The notes: a model not told the origin generated them from the letters alone. A stretch of 64,000 nt of DNA from Promethearchaeota archaeon (GCA_048938005.1 JBHLMQ010000003.1:96001-160000); one strand, 5' to 3'. Shown: positions 40,381 to 51,431, numbered from the stretch's first letter. A program made the numbers and translations.

Positions 40381-42789
40381 TTGGTTAGTGGTTTAAAATT
40401 GAAAATTGGTCTATTTTTATGTGATTGTGGAAAGAATATAAGTGGTGTAATCGATAACGAGAAATTAATTAAACATTTTGAGTCATATTCTGATTTATAT
40501 GTGTTTAGAGACCAATATCTCTGTTCTGAATTAGGTTTAAACAAGATTATTGACGAAATAAAAGAAAAAAAGGTTGATCGAGTTGTTATTGCTGCTTGTT
40601 CATTTAAATTACATGGATTGTTATTTCGAAAAACTATTGAAAAAGCAGGAATCAACCGATTCTTGATATCATTCGCTAACGTACGAGAACAGAATTCATG
40701 GGTTCATTATGATGAGCCAGAAAAAGCAACAAGAAAAGCAATAGATCAAATTAATATGGCAATAGAACAAGTTAAGCTTTTAGAACCATTAGACATTCAA
40801 TATTCTAATATAACTCCCTCGGCGCTAATTATAGGGGGAGGAATAGCGGGAATAAAAGCTGCTTTAGCAATCGCAGATACCGGTCATAAAGTATATTTAG
40901 TTGAGAAGGAACCTACAATTGGAGGTCATATGGCTCTATTTGATAAAACATTTCCAACCCTAGATTGTTCAATTTGCATACTTGGGCCCTTGATGACGGA
41001 AGTTAAAGATCACCCTAATATTGAATTATACACTTATTCAACCGTGGAGAACGTTGACGGATTTATTGGAAATTTTGATATAACAATTAAGAAAAACCCT
41101 CGATTCATAATAGAAGAAGATTGTGTGGGGTGTTTTGATATATGTAGAGATGTATGTCCTATAGATATTGAAGATACGTTTTTTCCAAGAAAAGCTATAG
41201 ATGTTCCTTATCCTCAAGCAATACCTTTATTTCCAAATATATTAGAAGAATATTGTGTTGGCTGTAAAGCCTGTGCTCAAGCTTGCGATAGAGATGCTAT
41301 TGATTTTGATCAAAAACCAGAAATTATTAACATTAAAGTAGGATCAATTATAGTTGCGACTGGCCTTAAGCCGTTTGATCCATCTATTTTAGGGGAATAC
41401 GGTTATGAAAAATACGCGGATGTCATAACAACGATGCAGATGGAGAGATTATTTAATAGCGATGGTCCAACCCATGGAAGAGTTGTAAGACCTTCTAATG
41501 GACAGCCTCCTAAAAAAGTATCTTTTGTTTTATGTGTTGGGTCCCGGAATAAAAAAATTCATCGGGAGTATTGTAGTCAAGTATGTTGTAATGTAGCGAT
41601 TAAACAAGCGGTCTTACTAAAAAAAGAAAATCCTTATGTAAACATTAATATTTATTATACTGATATTAGAGCAATAAGTAAAAATTGTGAAGAATTTTAC
41701 AATAGAGCCCGTGAAACTTTTGGTGTTCGCTTTATAAAAAGTAATATTTCAGCAATTCTAAAAAGTGATACTTCAGATGAGTTAATCCTTCGTGGTGAAG
41801 ATGTTATCGAAGATGCTCTTTTCGAAAATAAGACAGATTTAGTGGTATTAGCTGTAGGCATAGATCCTGCAGAAGGAACAGATGAGTTAAGTAAGATTTT
41901 AAATATATCTCAAGATCCTAATGGTTTTTTATTAGAAAAACATTTAAAAGTCAAACCCTCTGAAACGCTTGTAAGTGGGATATATTTAGCAGGAGCAATT
42001 CAAGCACCTAAAGATATACCTAATAGCATTGCTCAAGCAGAGAGCGCCGCAGCCAAAGCAATAGCATTAATTACACGTGGTAAAGTAGAGTTGGACCCAC
42101 ATATTATTTATTTTAATAAGGAAAAATGTGATTTATGCAGATTATGTGAAAATATATGTGAATTTAATGCTTTAAAAATCGAAGATAATCAGTTGAAAAT
42201 TACTCAAGCCAATTGTTCGGGATGCGGCGCTTGTGCAGCGATGTGTCCTTATGATGCACTTTTTATCCCAGGGTTTCAAAAAGCACAAATTTCTGTACAA
42301 TTAAAATCTGTTCTTAGTGAGAAGAAAGAATCTCCGTTGATAGTAGCATTTTTGTGTAATTGGTGTTCTTATGTAGGTGCTGATCTTGCAGGAACAAGTA
42401 AAATAATTTATCCTACAAACGTTAGAACAATTCATGTTATGTGTACTGCAATGCTTAATCCGTCTTTAGTATTTGAAAGTTTCTTCTATGGCGCTGATGG
42501 GGTATTAATTGCTGGCTGTCATCCTCAAGATTGTCATTATGAAATGGGATTCACCAAAGCAGAAACAAGATATGAGAGTATAAAAGAAATGTTAGCTGAA
42601 GCGAATATAAATGAAAATCGTATTAAAATTGTTAGTATATCGGCTGGAGAAGGAGAAAAATTTGCTAAAACAATAGAACAATTTAAAGAAGAATTAACTA
42701 ATTTAGGTCCAATTCGACCAGGTGAATATCTAAAACCTCCAACAACAAAAGAACAATTAAAATATAAAGCAAAATTAGACGAAATTTAA
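40381..42789 (+). CDS. hdrA: HdrA-MvhD fusion (flavin-based electron-bifurcating heterodisulfide reductase subunit A plus hydrogenase subunit D)
   Basis: CDCG, AACS, NVREQ, IGGGIAG, KTFPTLDCSICIL, YCSQVCC, ferredoxin motifs; C-terminal FLCNWCSY.GAD...GCHPQDCHY. Confidence 0.92.
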   Translation: MVSGLKLKIGLFLCDCGKNISGVIDNEKLIKHFESYSDLYVFRDQYLCSELGLNKIIDEIKEKKVDRVVIAACSFKLHGLLFRKTIEKAGINRFLISFANVREQNSWVHYDEPEKATRKAIDQINMAIEQVKLLEPLDIQYSNITPSALIIGGGIAGIKAALAIADTGHKVYLVEKEPTIGGHMALFDKTFPTLDCSICILGPLMTEVKDHPNIELYTYSTVENVDGFIGNFDITIKKNPRFIIEEDCVGCFDICRDVCPIDIEDTFFPRKAIDVPYPQAIPLFPNILEEYCVGCKACAQACDRDAIDFDQKPEIINIKVGSIIVATGLKPFDPSILGEYGYEKYADVITTMQMERLFNSDGPTHGRVVRPSNGQPPKKVSFVLCVGSRNKKIHREYCSQVCCNVAIKQAVLLKKENPYVNINIYYTDIRAISKNCEEFYNRARETFGVRFIKSNISAILKSDTSDELILRGEDVIEDALFENKTDLVVLAVGIDPAEGTDELSKILNISQDPNGFLLEKHLKVKPSETLVSGIYLAGAIQAPKDIPNSIAQAESAAAKAIALITRGKVELDPHIIYFNKEKCDLCRLCENICEFNALKIEDNQLKITQANCSGCGACAAMCPYDALFIPGFQKAQISVQLKSVLSEKKESPLIVAFLCNWCSYVGADLAGTSKIIYPTNVRTIHVMCTAMLNPSLVFESFFYGADGVLIAGCHPQDCHYEMGFTKAETRYESIKEMLAEANINENRIKIVSISAGEGEKFAKTIEQFKEELTNLGPIRPGEYLKPPTTKEQLKYKAKLDEI

Positions 42790-42934
42790 AAATTTATAAA
42801 TAAATATTATTTTCTTTAAGATCAAATGTTAATTTTTTATTGCTAACTCTCTTATAAACATTATTAAGAGATTTTTTTTATTATATTATAGGATGCGAAT
42901 TTTAATTTTAAAATAATAATTTAATGAGTTAAAT

Positions 42935-44224
42935 ATGAAAGTTCGTGCAATTACAATTGGGCAGATAATTCCTTTTTTACTTAAAAATGAATCTATCTTA
43001 TCGTTTTTACAAAATAAACTTGCCTCTTTTTCTGAATTTAACGGTGTAATGATAGATTCTTTGAAAGAAATAGACATTCCTGTACAAACTACTCGAATAT
43101 GCTCACAACCACTTTTCAGCTACGATAATAAATTATTTTATGAAAAAAACTTGAAAGAGACATTAATAGATATAAGTAAGCAATTGAGTTTTTTGCAAGA
43201 CATATTTAAAGATTATGGATTTGATTACTTTGCTTGTTGCATGATGTTAGCAAATCAAATTCAAGAATTGGGAATTTTTGAGAAGTTGTTATTAAATGAA
43301 GTTCCTAAATTTATTAAAAATAATAGGATGTTTTTCACGTCTTTACCTGTAGCATCTAATGAAAATGGTATTAATATTCCCGCTTTAAAATCGGGAGCAA
43401 AGATAATAAAGGAATTATCTGACCCAGATCCTTTTAATAACCTACAATTTTGTGTGTCCGCTAACGTAGGCCCAAATATTCCTTTCTTTCCTGCTGCATA
43501 TCATTTTGCAGAAAAACCAGGTTTTTCCCTAGCTTTAGAAATGGCGGATGAGGTAATAAACGTCGTCCAACAATCAAAGACATTGAAAGACGCTCAGCTA
43601 AACCTATTAGCAAAATTTAATGAAATTTATGATGATTTAACAAAAATTGCTGAGAAAGCCAGTAGGAATTATGATATTGAATTTAAAGGAATTGATTTTT
43701 CCCCTGCTTCTTATCCCGAGATTGATAAGAGTATTGGAACCGCTATAGAAAAATTAGGATTTGAATATTTTGGAGCTAATGGAACATTAACGGGTGTTGC
43801 TTTAATTAAGAGTTCTATCCCCGCAAATAAAGAGAAAGTAATAGGTTTTTCAGGTTTTATGCAACCTGTTTTAGAAGATTTTATTTTGTCAAAAAGATTG
43901 TCTGAGAATAAATTCAATTTAGATTCACTCTTATTGTATTCTACTATGTGTGGAGCAGGACTCGATGTAGTTCCCCTTCCTGGCGATATTACAGAAAAAG
44001 AATTATTTTACATCCTACTCGATATATGTACTATTTCCGTTACATTAGATAAGCCTTTAACTTGTAGACTTATGCCCATCCCAGGAAAAAGCTCGGGTGA
44101 TGATGTTGAGTTTGATTTTGAATATTTTGCACCTTCTAAGATAATTGACTTTAGAAGATTGGTTACCGACAATAAGAATGATATATTCAATCGAAATGAG
44201 AGAAATTTGAAATTTCTTGAATAA
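42935..44224 (+). CDS. DUF711 family protein
   Basis: KVRAITIG, PFFPAAYH, GFSGFMQPVLED, MCGAGLDVVPLPGD, KPLTCRLMPIPG. Confidence 0.8.
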   Translation: MKVRAITIGQIIPFLLKNESILSFLQNKLASFSEFNGVMIDSLKEIDIPVQTTRICSQPLFSYDNKLFYEKNLKETLIDISKQLSFLQDIFKDYGFDYFACCMMLANQIQELGIFEKLLLNEVPKFIKNNRMFFTSLPVASNENGINIPALKSGAKIIKELSDPDPFNNLQFCVSANVGPNIPFFPAAYHFAEKPGFSLALEMADEVINVVQQSKTLKDAQLNLLAKFNEIYDDLTKIAEKASRNYDIEFKGIDFSPASYPEIDKSIGTAIEKLGFEYFGANGTLTGVALIKSSIPANKEKVIGFSGFMQPVLEDFILSKRLSENKFNLDSLLLYSTMCGAGLDVVPLPGDITEKELFYILLDICTISVTLDKPLTCRLMPIPGKSSGDDVEFDFEYFAPSKIIDFRRLVTDNKNDIFNRNERNLKFLE

Positions 44225-44254
44225 AATTTTTTAGAGAGAGTATCTAATTATTTT

Positions 44255-44743
44255 TTGATAAATTCTAAAAATTATTTATTTATTTCCTATATGAGAGAGA
44301 AAAAAAAAGAGAAAACATTACGCTTCTTTAATGAAGCGGCTGAATACATTGATAAATATGACACTCAAGACATCTTAATAGAAGAAGCTACAACTCCTTT
44401 AAATACAAGTAACCCTAACTCGAATTTTTTAAGAGATGAAATGCTAAATGAATTAAATAATCTGAGTAATATCATTAGGGATAACCCAGATTTAAAAATT
44501 GAGAAGTTATCAGAAGAAGAAAAAGAAATTTTTTATGACTTTATTAAATTTTATAGGATATGTCCATTATGCGGGAATCCAAATCACTTTTTTAATTTAA
44601 AAAAAATATTTTTTGATGAGAATAAAAAACTCCTAATAGAGCAATTAATTCGATTAATGACATTAAAAAATAGTAAATTAAAAAAATATCATCTAAATTT
44701 AGGAGTTCCATGTTGTAAATGTTATAAAAGTTTAATCGAATAG
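44255..44743 (+). CDS. Hypothetical Zn-binding protein
   Basis: CPLCG...PCCKC motifs. Confidence 0.6.
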   Translation: MINSKNYLFISYMREKKKEKTLRFFNEAAEYIDKYDTQDILIEEATTPLNTSNPNSNFLRDEMLNELNNLSNIIRDNPDLKIEKLSEEEKEIFYDFIKFYRICPLCGNPNHFFNLKKIFFDENKKLLIEQLIRLMTLKNSKLKKYHLNLGVPCCKCYKSLIE

Positions 44744-44759
44744 CAAAATCAAACTTTTT

Positions 44760-45098
44760 TTACTTAAAATATTCAATTACCTTCCCACCCTGAGTAATCT
44801 CATAAAAAATTTCATCGGTTTTTTCATCCTTTATAGATTGAATACAAAAAGCTTTGATTAAAAAATCCATGTGATAATTAAACATGGACTCATCTTCAAT
44901 AATTTTATTATCAAGAAGCTTTCTTATCAAATCTTTTTTTGAAATCCGTTTTAATTTATTCGCTATTTCCAAAATTTCTCGTCTTATAGGGTTATTTACC
45001 GCTTTCAGATATCGGTCATGTAAATATTTAGTACCTTCAACAGATTTGCTATACTCTTCCATTGTCTTATAATTCTTGAAATCGAACTCATCAGGCAT
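44760..45098 (-). CDS. ArsR-like winged-helix protein (start moved to ATG 45098)
   Basis: AVNNPIRREIL...FNYHMDFL...YEITQGG. Confidence 0.7.
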   Translation of the reverse strand: MPDEFDFKNYKTMEEYSKSVEGTKYLHDRYLKAVNNPIRREILEIANKLKRISKKDLIRKLLDNKIIEDESMFNYHMDFLIKAFCIQSIKDEKTDEIFYEITQGGKVIEYFK

Positions 45099-45204
45099 AT
45101 GAAAGGAAAAGAATAATAAAAGAAAAAGCTTGTCTTTTTGGCTCAAGCTAAATTAAAACTTTATATGTTATTTTATAGGAATCCTTATTAACAAATTAAA
45201 TAAT

Positions 45205-46287
45205 TTAATTAAATAACTCCTTAATAAATTCTCCTATCTTATTTAACGCCTCTTTTGCTTCCGGTAAATCAGTAAATCCAAAATATTGGAAAACATGGGT
45301 GGTATTTTCCCATTCTTGTAGTGTAACATCTAAACCTGCGGCTTTAGCTCGTTTAACGAAACGTGTTGAATGATCATATAACATTTCGCTTTTACTTACT
45401 TGTATTAAGATTGGAGGTAAACCTCTTAAATCTGCGAGAACTGGTGAAATTAGAGGATTATTGGGATCGGCTCCTGCTAAATAAGCTGGTACCCACCAAA
45501 ATACTCCGATATCAGCTAATACCGGATCTGTCTTAGCATTTTCTAAAATGGTTTTGCTATTGTTCGTATAATCGATACCTGGTGACATTGCAACGGCTCC
45601 AGCTGGCAATGGAATTTTATCATCTCTCAATTTAATTAAAGTTGCTATAGTTAAGTTACCACCACCAGAATCGCCAGCAATAACTATGTTTTCTGCTTTA
45701 ATTCCTTGTGATAAAAGCCAATTATAAACGTTAACACAATCTTCTAATCCTGCTGGGAAAGGATGTTCAGGAGCAAGACGATAATCAACACTTAACACTC
45801 GCATCTTAGTCATTTTAGCTAGTTCTATTGTTAAATGTCTATGAGTTTTTGGAGACATCATAATCATGCCTCCTCCATGAAAATATAAAAGAACTTTTTC
45901 ATTTATCACCCCCGGTACAATTTGCCATTCTGCAGGAACACTTTTAACATTGATTTTTTTTATTTCTACATCTTCCGGAAGTGGATATTGCTCTAACCGA
46001 ATATCTACTGAATAATCGATTATAAATCGAAATAATTTCGCTAATAAACGCATTTCTTCGTCGGTTAGGATCCCATAAAGAACTTCTATAGTACTCTCCT
46101 TGTTAGATAGTCTTTGAAAAAATCTCTCATTTTCTTCTGTTATTTTTTGCATATATGCTTGCAGGTTGACCCTTTTATTCTCTTCAAGTTTTAAGAATTC
46201 TAACGCACCCTTCAATTGAATTTTTTGGCTTTCATCTATAAGCTTAAGAATCTCAGGACGGATTTTTGATCTGTCTAAAATTGTCAT
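45205..46287 (-). CDS. HSL-family esterase/lipase (alpha/beta hydrolase)
   Basis: HGGG, VDYRLAPEHPFPA, GDSGGG, HVF. Confidence 0.9.
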   Translation of the reverse strand: MTILDRSKIRPEILKLIDESQKIQLKGALEFLKLEENKRVNLQAYMQKITEENERFFQRLSNKESTIEVLYGILTDEEMRLLAKLFRFIIDYSVDIRLEQYPLPEDVEIKKINVKSVPAEWQIVPGVINEKVLLYFHGGGMIMMSPKTHRHLTIELAKMTKMRVLSVDYRLAPEHPFPAGLEDCVNVYNWLLSQGIKAENIVIAGDSGGGNLTIATLIKLRDDKIPLPAGAVAMSPGIDYTNNSKTILENAKTDPVLADIGVFWWVPAYLAGADPNNPLISPVLADLRGLPPILIQVSKSEMLYDHSTRFVKRAKAAGLDVTLQEWENTTHVFQYFGFTDLPEAKEALNKIGEFIKELFN

Positions 46288-46474
46288 GTTTTATTTACAC
46301 TCTTAGCTTTAATTTTAATTTTATAAATAATTATCCAAATAATCCTTCTTAATTTTAATTTTATTAAAATTAAATTCATCTCTACAAATGAATTTTTAAT
46401 TCAGAAATGAAAAGTAAAATATTTTATTTTGGCACTCTTATTTCTTCATTAATTTTAATTTAAATGTAAATGAG

Positions 46475-47548
46475 ATGAAAAAAAAAATGAATTTAGATGA
46501 AATTAAGAATCTATTAGGACCAGAAGCAGATGATTTATTAAATCATACATGTACTGGAATCCCAAAAGAAATGATACATCCTCCTGGACCTGATTTTATT
46601 GAAAGAGTAGTAGCACACTCAGATAGGAATAATCTAGTATTGAATAACATGAGTCGCCTGTTTAATCAAATTGGTAGATTAGCGGGGACTGGATATCTTT
46701 CAGTATTACCTGTAGATCAAGGAATTGAACATAGTGCTTCAGCTAGTTTTGCTGTTAATCCATCATATTTTGATCCTGAAAATATTATCAAATTAGCTAT
46801 TAATGGAGGTTGTAGCGCTGTAGCATCCACTCTTGGTGTTTTGGGTTCTATATCAAGAAGATACGCTCATAAAATTCCATTTATTGTGAAAATAAATCAC
46901 AATGAATTACTTACAAAACCCACTCTTTCTGATCAAACATTATTCGCAAGTGTGGATCAGGCATGGGATATGGGAGCAGCAGCAGTAGGAGCAACTATAT
47001 ATTTTGGTTCACTAAACTCACGGCGCCAAATCCAGGAAATTAGTGAAGCTTTTAAATATGCACATGAATTAGGTCTTGTATGTGTTCTTTGGACTTATTT
47101 GAGGAATCCTGAAGAATTTATTAAAGAGGGAAAGGATTATCATACGGCAAATGATTTAGAAAGTCAAGCTAATTATCTTGGAGTTACTATTGAGGCAGAT
47201 ATTATTAAGCAAAAACTATCAACTCTCAGCCGAGGTTTCCTTGATTTAAACTTTGGTAAAACAGATAAAATTGTTTATGAAAAATTAGCAATTGATCACC
47301 CAATTGAATGGAATAGATATCAAGTAGCAAATTGTTTTATGGGACGTGCGGGTTTAATTAATTCTGGTGGAGAGTCTGGTGGTACTGATCTTCAGGATGC
47401 TATAATGGCAGCTGTTATTAATAAACGTTCAGGAGGTATGGGCTTAATCTTGGGACGGAAAGCATTTAAAAAACCAACTCCGGAAGGTATCAAAATTCTT
47501 AATGCGGTACAAGATGTATACCTGAATAAGGATATTACTATTGCCTAA
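46475..47548 (+). CDS. fbaB: Class I fructose-bisphosphate aldolase (DhnA/FbaB type)
   Basis: [42 protein letters not shown]. Confidence 0.92.
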   Translation: MKKKMNLDEIKNLLGPEADDLLNHTCTGIPKEMIHPPGPDFIERVVAHSDRNNLVLNNMSRLFNQIGRLAGTGYLSVLPVDQGIEHSASASFAVNPSYFDPENIIKLAINGGCSAVASTLGVLGSISRRYAHKIPFIVKINHNELLTKPTLSDQTLFASVDQAWDMGAAAVGATIYFGSLNSRRQIQEISEAFKYAHELGLVCVLWTYLRNPEEFIKEGKDYHTANDLESQANYLGVTIEADIIKQKLSTLSRGFLDLNFGKTDKIVYEKLAIDHPIEWNRYQVANCFMGRAGLINSGGESGGTDLQDAIMAAVINKRSGGMGLILGRKAFKKPTPEGIKILNAVQDVYLNKDITIA

Positions 47549-47644
47549 AAAACTTTTTTTTTTCTCTTTTTTTTAATTAAATTAAAATTAAAAATATAAA
47601 TATCATTATTCATACTAAAGAACTAATTTTTTCTTAAGATTATT

Positions 47645-48241
47645 ATGGGAAAAGATAGGAATTTTAGACCAGATCCAAATGTGAATCCTTATAGAGTTAG
47701 ACAGGCCCCCTCTCCTCCCAAAAGATCTTTTATCGATTTCAATATCCGTAGAATTTGCCCAGCATGTGGAAAGGACATCAAAATAACTCATAATTTTTGT
47801 AAATATTGTGGTGTTGACTTAAGCGCAATAGAACCGATTGGTAAAGATGAAATATCAAAACAATTGGCTAATACAGCTGTAACCGATCCAGATCCCGAGG
47901 TTAGAAAAGAAGCTGTTGATACATTAGGAGAATTTGGAGATAATAGCGTTTTAGGAGTTCTTACATATATTCTTTTAAACGATCCAGACGAAAATGTAAG
48001 AATGAAGGCTGCTGATGAGCTGGGAGATTTACACCATCCATTAAGTTTAGATGTATTGGCTAAGGCACTCAAAGATGAAAGTGCTTTAGTTAGAAAAGAA
48101 GCGATCGAAGGATTAAAAAAGATTAAAAAGGAGACCAAACCAAAAGAAGAATATGAAGAAAAACCAGAGAGTAGGGAAATTGAAAAAAGTAAACCTGAAC
48201 TAAAAAAAACTACTGAAGAAAATAACAATGATTTATTTTAA
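47645..48241 (+). CDS. Zinc-ribbon + HEAT-repeat protein
   Basis: CPACG...FCKYCG followed by DPDPEVRKEAVDTLG-type repeats. Confidence 0.8.
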   Translation: MGKDRNFRPDPNVNPYRVRQAPSPPKRSFIDFNIRRICPACGKDIKITHNFCKYCGVDLSAIEPIGKDEISKQLANTAVTDPDPEVRKEAVDTLGEFGDNSVLGVLTYILLNDPDENVRMKAADELGDLHHPLSLDVLAKALKDESALVRKEAIEGLKKIKKETKPKEEYEEKPESREIEKSKPELKKTTEENNNDLF

Positions 48242-48340
48242 AAAAATCTTGTTTTTCCATTTATTTATAATATTCATCTAAAATCAGATTACTAAATATT
48301 AAAACAGGGCTAAAAAAATCATAATTTTATAAATAAGATT

Positions 48341-49483
48341 TTAATAGTTCTTACTTGGAATTTTTGGTAATTGTCTTCGATTACTTGGATTTTTCTCTTT
48401 GGATTTCTCTAATATTCCTATTATTTCAGCTTTTCTTGCATTAGTAGGCAAATCTATTTTTTTTTCTTTAGCGTAAGTTTTAAGATCTTTTACAGTCATA
48501 GATTTAAAATCTGTTATTTCTTTAGCAGTAGCCACTTGTCTTGTAGGAGTAATACTCTTTGAGGCTTTTTTCATTGAAGCTGGCTTGGTTGGCATTGAAG
48601 TTAATGAATATTTTTGTTTTTTAGTTGAATCTATTTCTGATTCTATAACGATCTTCTTTTCTGAGGAACTTTTTGGTTTTTTTTCTTTTTCTAATACTTC
48701 TATAGCCTCTACAATTCCTTTTTTTTCGTCAAAATAGACTCGTAACACATTATTGTCCAATTCCAGCATATCTTTTGGAACTTTTTTAACAGGTTCCCAA
48801 TAAGTCTCTTCAACTTCTTTTCCAAAAACTTCAGCAGTTTTTGAAACTGCTCCATAAAGCGTATGACCTAGAATGAGATTTAATCTTTTATAATCTTTAG
48901 GGACATCTCTTTTTAATATTTTCTCCTTAATTTTTTGTTTTTGTTCCTCTGTTAATCCTATTGCTTTAAGTTCGCTTGGAGCATAAGATGAAATTACTAC
49001 TTCATTACTCGTGTCTTGTAATGCCGGTGAAAAATATCCTTCTTCTGCTTGCACTTTCATTGTTTTTGGAGTAATATCTGTTATAGTTGCCTGTTCCATT
49101 TTTACTCTTTCAATATTTCGAATATATCGCATATCTGCTAATCTTTCAGTAACTTCCATTGATTCCAATTTAAAAGCATTTAAAAATTCTGTGGGTTCAT
49201 CTCCTGCATCTACAGAAACAATCTTACAACGATGGTATCTCGCATCTCTCATTAACTCATCTTGCAAAGATTGAGCTACTCTTGAACTAATGAATCGTTT
49301 TCGAACAGGTGATTTTGGACCTTTCCAAATAAAAATTCTCCGTAAGTCTTCTCTTACAATTACTAACACTTGTTCTGGATGCAAATTGGTTTTAAGTTCT
49401 TCTTCATTTATGTCTAATTTCTTACGTTCTCCCGATTCCTCCAATTCATAAACCATAAACGTTTCAATTTCTGTCATTTTCAT
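48341..49483 (-). CDS. Gelsolin-domain protein with HeH/Rho-N-like domain and Pro-rich C-terminus
   Basis: LHPEQVLVI...IFIWKGPKS..RKRF...VDAGDEPTEF gelsolin signature; SMTVKDLKTYAKEKKI...RKAEII HeH motif. Confidence 0.75.
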   Translation of the reverse strand: MKMTEIETFMVYELEESGERKKLDINEEELKTNLHPEQVLVIVREDLRRIFIWKGPKSPVRKRFISSRVAQSLQDELMRDARYHRCKIVSVDAGDEPTEFLNAFKLESMEVTERLADMRYIRNIERVKMEQATITDITPKTMKVQAEEGYFSPALQDTSNEVVISSYAPSELKAIGLTEEQKQKIKEKILKRDVPKDYKRLNLILGHTLYGAVSKTAEVFGKEVEETYWEPVKKVPKDMLELDNNVLRVYFDEKKGIVEAIEVLEKEKKPKSSSEKKIVIESEIDSTKKQKYSLTSMPTKPASMKKASKSITPTRQVATAKEITDFKSMTVKDLKTYAKEKKIDLPTNARKAEIIGILEKSKEKNPSNRRQLPKIPSKNY

Positions 49484-49692
49484 TCGTTAGTGTATTTAAT
49501 CGTAGATATTTCAATATCTAAGAAAATTATTAATTAATGTGTTATAAAAATTTGATTTTTCTTTTCAAATTTAATTATTTTAAAGAAAATATAAATTACA
49601 TTTATAAAAATTTTATTTTTTAAAAAAAATAGGAAGAAATTTTTTAGTATAATAATTTTTAAAGTTGTTAAAAAAACATTAGTTTCATTACA

Positions 49693-50439
49693 TCACGTAC
49701 GAGCGAAAGCACCGACAGAATCATGTAAGACATTGTCGATTGAAAGGACAAATCCTACTAAAATTCGGCGATCAGTTTCATTATCAAGGATTTTAAGAGC
49801 ATAAGTGTCTTTAAAGTCAAACACCCCTCCAAGGAAGAAATCTCTCCACCTATCAGCTTTTTCGATTTCTGCGACAATTTTTCCGGTTGCTACTTCATAC
49901 ACTTTAAAGCTAAAACCAAAAAAATTACCAATGGCTTCATACCATCGTGTTCCATCAGGCGCTTCTAAGAAAAATTTATTCTTGAAAAATGTAAGTATCT
50001 TTTTCTTAATTCTTGCTATTAAATTCCCTTGTGGATCCTTTAAATCTTGAGCCCCTCGAGCAGATACGATTTTAGCGTGAATAGTAGCAGCTACGGTACC
50101 ATCAATTTCTTGTAATTCAACCCTACGTCTAATACTTAAGATTATTCGTTTCATCTTTCCAATAACTTGACCATTCTCATCTAAGATATCACCACTACCC
50201 CATTTGGGTTTAGAAGGGAACCCCTCCTAAACATCCCAGTATTTTTCTTTAAGGATGTAATAATTGCGGTTAATATCAAACAATCCTCCTCCAGGAGTAG
50301 GAGTCTTTTTTGATGGAATTATTGGAGGTGATACTTCTTCTTGTGTTTTTGCACTCTCAGGTATTGGTGAACCACACTTCTCACAAAAATTCTGGGATGG
50401 ATCGGTTATCTCATCCCCACAATTCGGACAATATGGCAT
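49693..50439 (-). CDS. Zinc-ribbon + LURP-one/scramblase (Tubby-C-like) protein, split by a 30-nt putative intron; join(50439-50233, 50202-49693), 238 aa
   Basis: The two track ORFs (50227..50439 and 49693..50154) share a frame. Removing 50203-50232 gives ...YYILKEKYWD-WGSGDILDENGQVIGKMKRIILS..., a typical LURP-one-type start. Confidence 0.75.
50203..50232 (-). other. Putative 30-nt BHB-type mRNA intron
   Basis: UGGG AU^G UUUAGGAGGG-GUU-CCCUUCUAAA CCCA AA^U: 4-bp central helix, two 3-nt bulges, 10-bp inner stem; contains an in-frame UAG. Confidence 0.75.
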
Positions 50440-50602
50440 ATTTTTACCTCTAATTTTTAATTATTATGTTTTGTTTTGATTAGTGAATGGTGATGTGGTT
50501 TTATAAAGTTTCGGGTAAGTATGCTGATAATTTTATCTTCATGAAAACGTTTTAATTAAATAAGGATTAATTATTATTAATTGAATATTATAGGAAAGCA
50601 GT

Positions 50603-51364
50603 ATGTCAACTATAATTATACCAAAACTATTGAAATTAAAAGATTACATTACGCTTATAGGGACTACTTTAGGGATTATCGCTCTAGTCTGTGCCTGTTT
50701 TGGTACTCGCGAATCTATTTCTTTAGGATTTTTTCTGATATCCCTCTCTCTTGGTACTGACATGATTGATGGATATATTGCTCGAAAAACTAAAACTGTG
50801 AATGAAATGGGCAGAGAATTAGATTCATTGAGCGATTCTTTAACATTTGGTATCGCACCAGCAGTACTAACATACCAATCTTTTAAAACTGGGGATTTTT
50901 TTGATATTATTATTATAATAGGAGCAATTTGTTTTGCTATTGGTGCAATGCTTAGATTAGCGCGATTTAATATTTCAGAAAGTCCAGGATATACAGGTTT
51001 ACCAACACCATTAAGTGCCTTATTGTTAATTAACTTTTTCTATGCTAATTATTTTTATGCGTTCGCCATGGGCGGCAATACATATCCTTTTCTGGAGATA
51101 TCTTCCTATATAATACCTATTTTTATGGTTCTTATCGGCTGGTTTAATATCACAACTTACATTCGATTTGGTGAGAAAGGTAAGACAATTTATATTATTT
51201 TTTCAGCTTTAGCCCCATTATGCCCTATACTGGGTATTATTGGAATATTGAATCCAAATTTTCTAATTTCAATTATCGTAGCTATTTTCTTTTTAGGAGC
51301 TTTTATATTTATGTTAATATTAATTGTTAGGGGATTTATTGTTTATCTTATTACCAAGGCATAA
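50603..51364 (+). CDS. pssA: CDP-alcohol phosphatidyltransferase (archaetidylserine/phosphatidylserine synthase type)
   Basis: DMIDGYIAR...GRELDSLSD..TFGIAPA, LRLARFN, GLPTP. Confidence 0.85.
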   Translation: MSTIIIPKLLKLKDYITLIGTTLGIIALVCACFGTRESISLGFFLISLSLGTDMIDGYIARKTKTVNEMGRELDSLSDSLTFGIAPAVLTYQSFKTGDFFDIIIIIGAICFAIGAMLRLARFNISESPGYTGLPTPLSALLLINFFYANYFYAFAMGGNTYPFLEISSYIIPIFMVLIGWFNITTYIRFGEKGKTIYIIFSALAPLCPILGIIGILNPNFLISIIVAIFFLGAFIFMLILIVRGFIVYLITKA

Positions 51365-51431
51365 ATAATAAATATTTGTCAACAAATAATTTCAGCATCA
51401 AATTAACAAAAAAAAGTTATCCCTACTAAAT

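Noticed and set aside
40381-42789. Selenocysteine recoding in HdrA/MvhD
   Set aside because: The ORF is uninterrupted and has Cys at the relevant motifs.
49693-50439. Two separate genes, or a simple nonsense pseudogene
   Set aside because: Both parts share a frame, the stop lies inside a discrete hairpin insert with BHB geometry, and the rest of the gene shows no decay.
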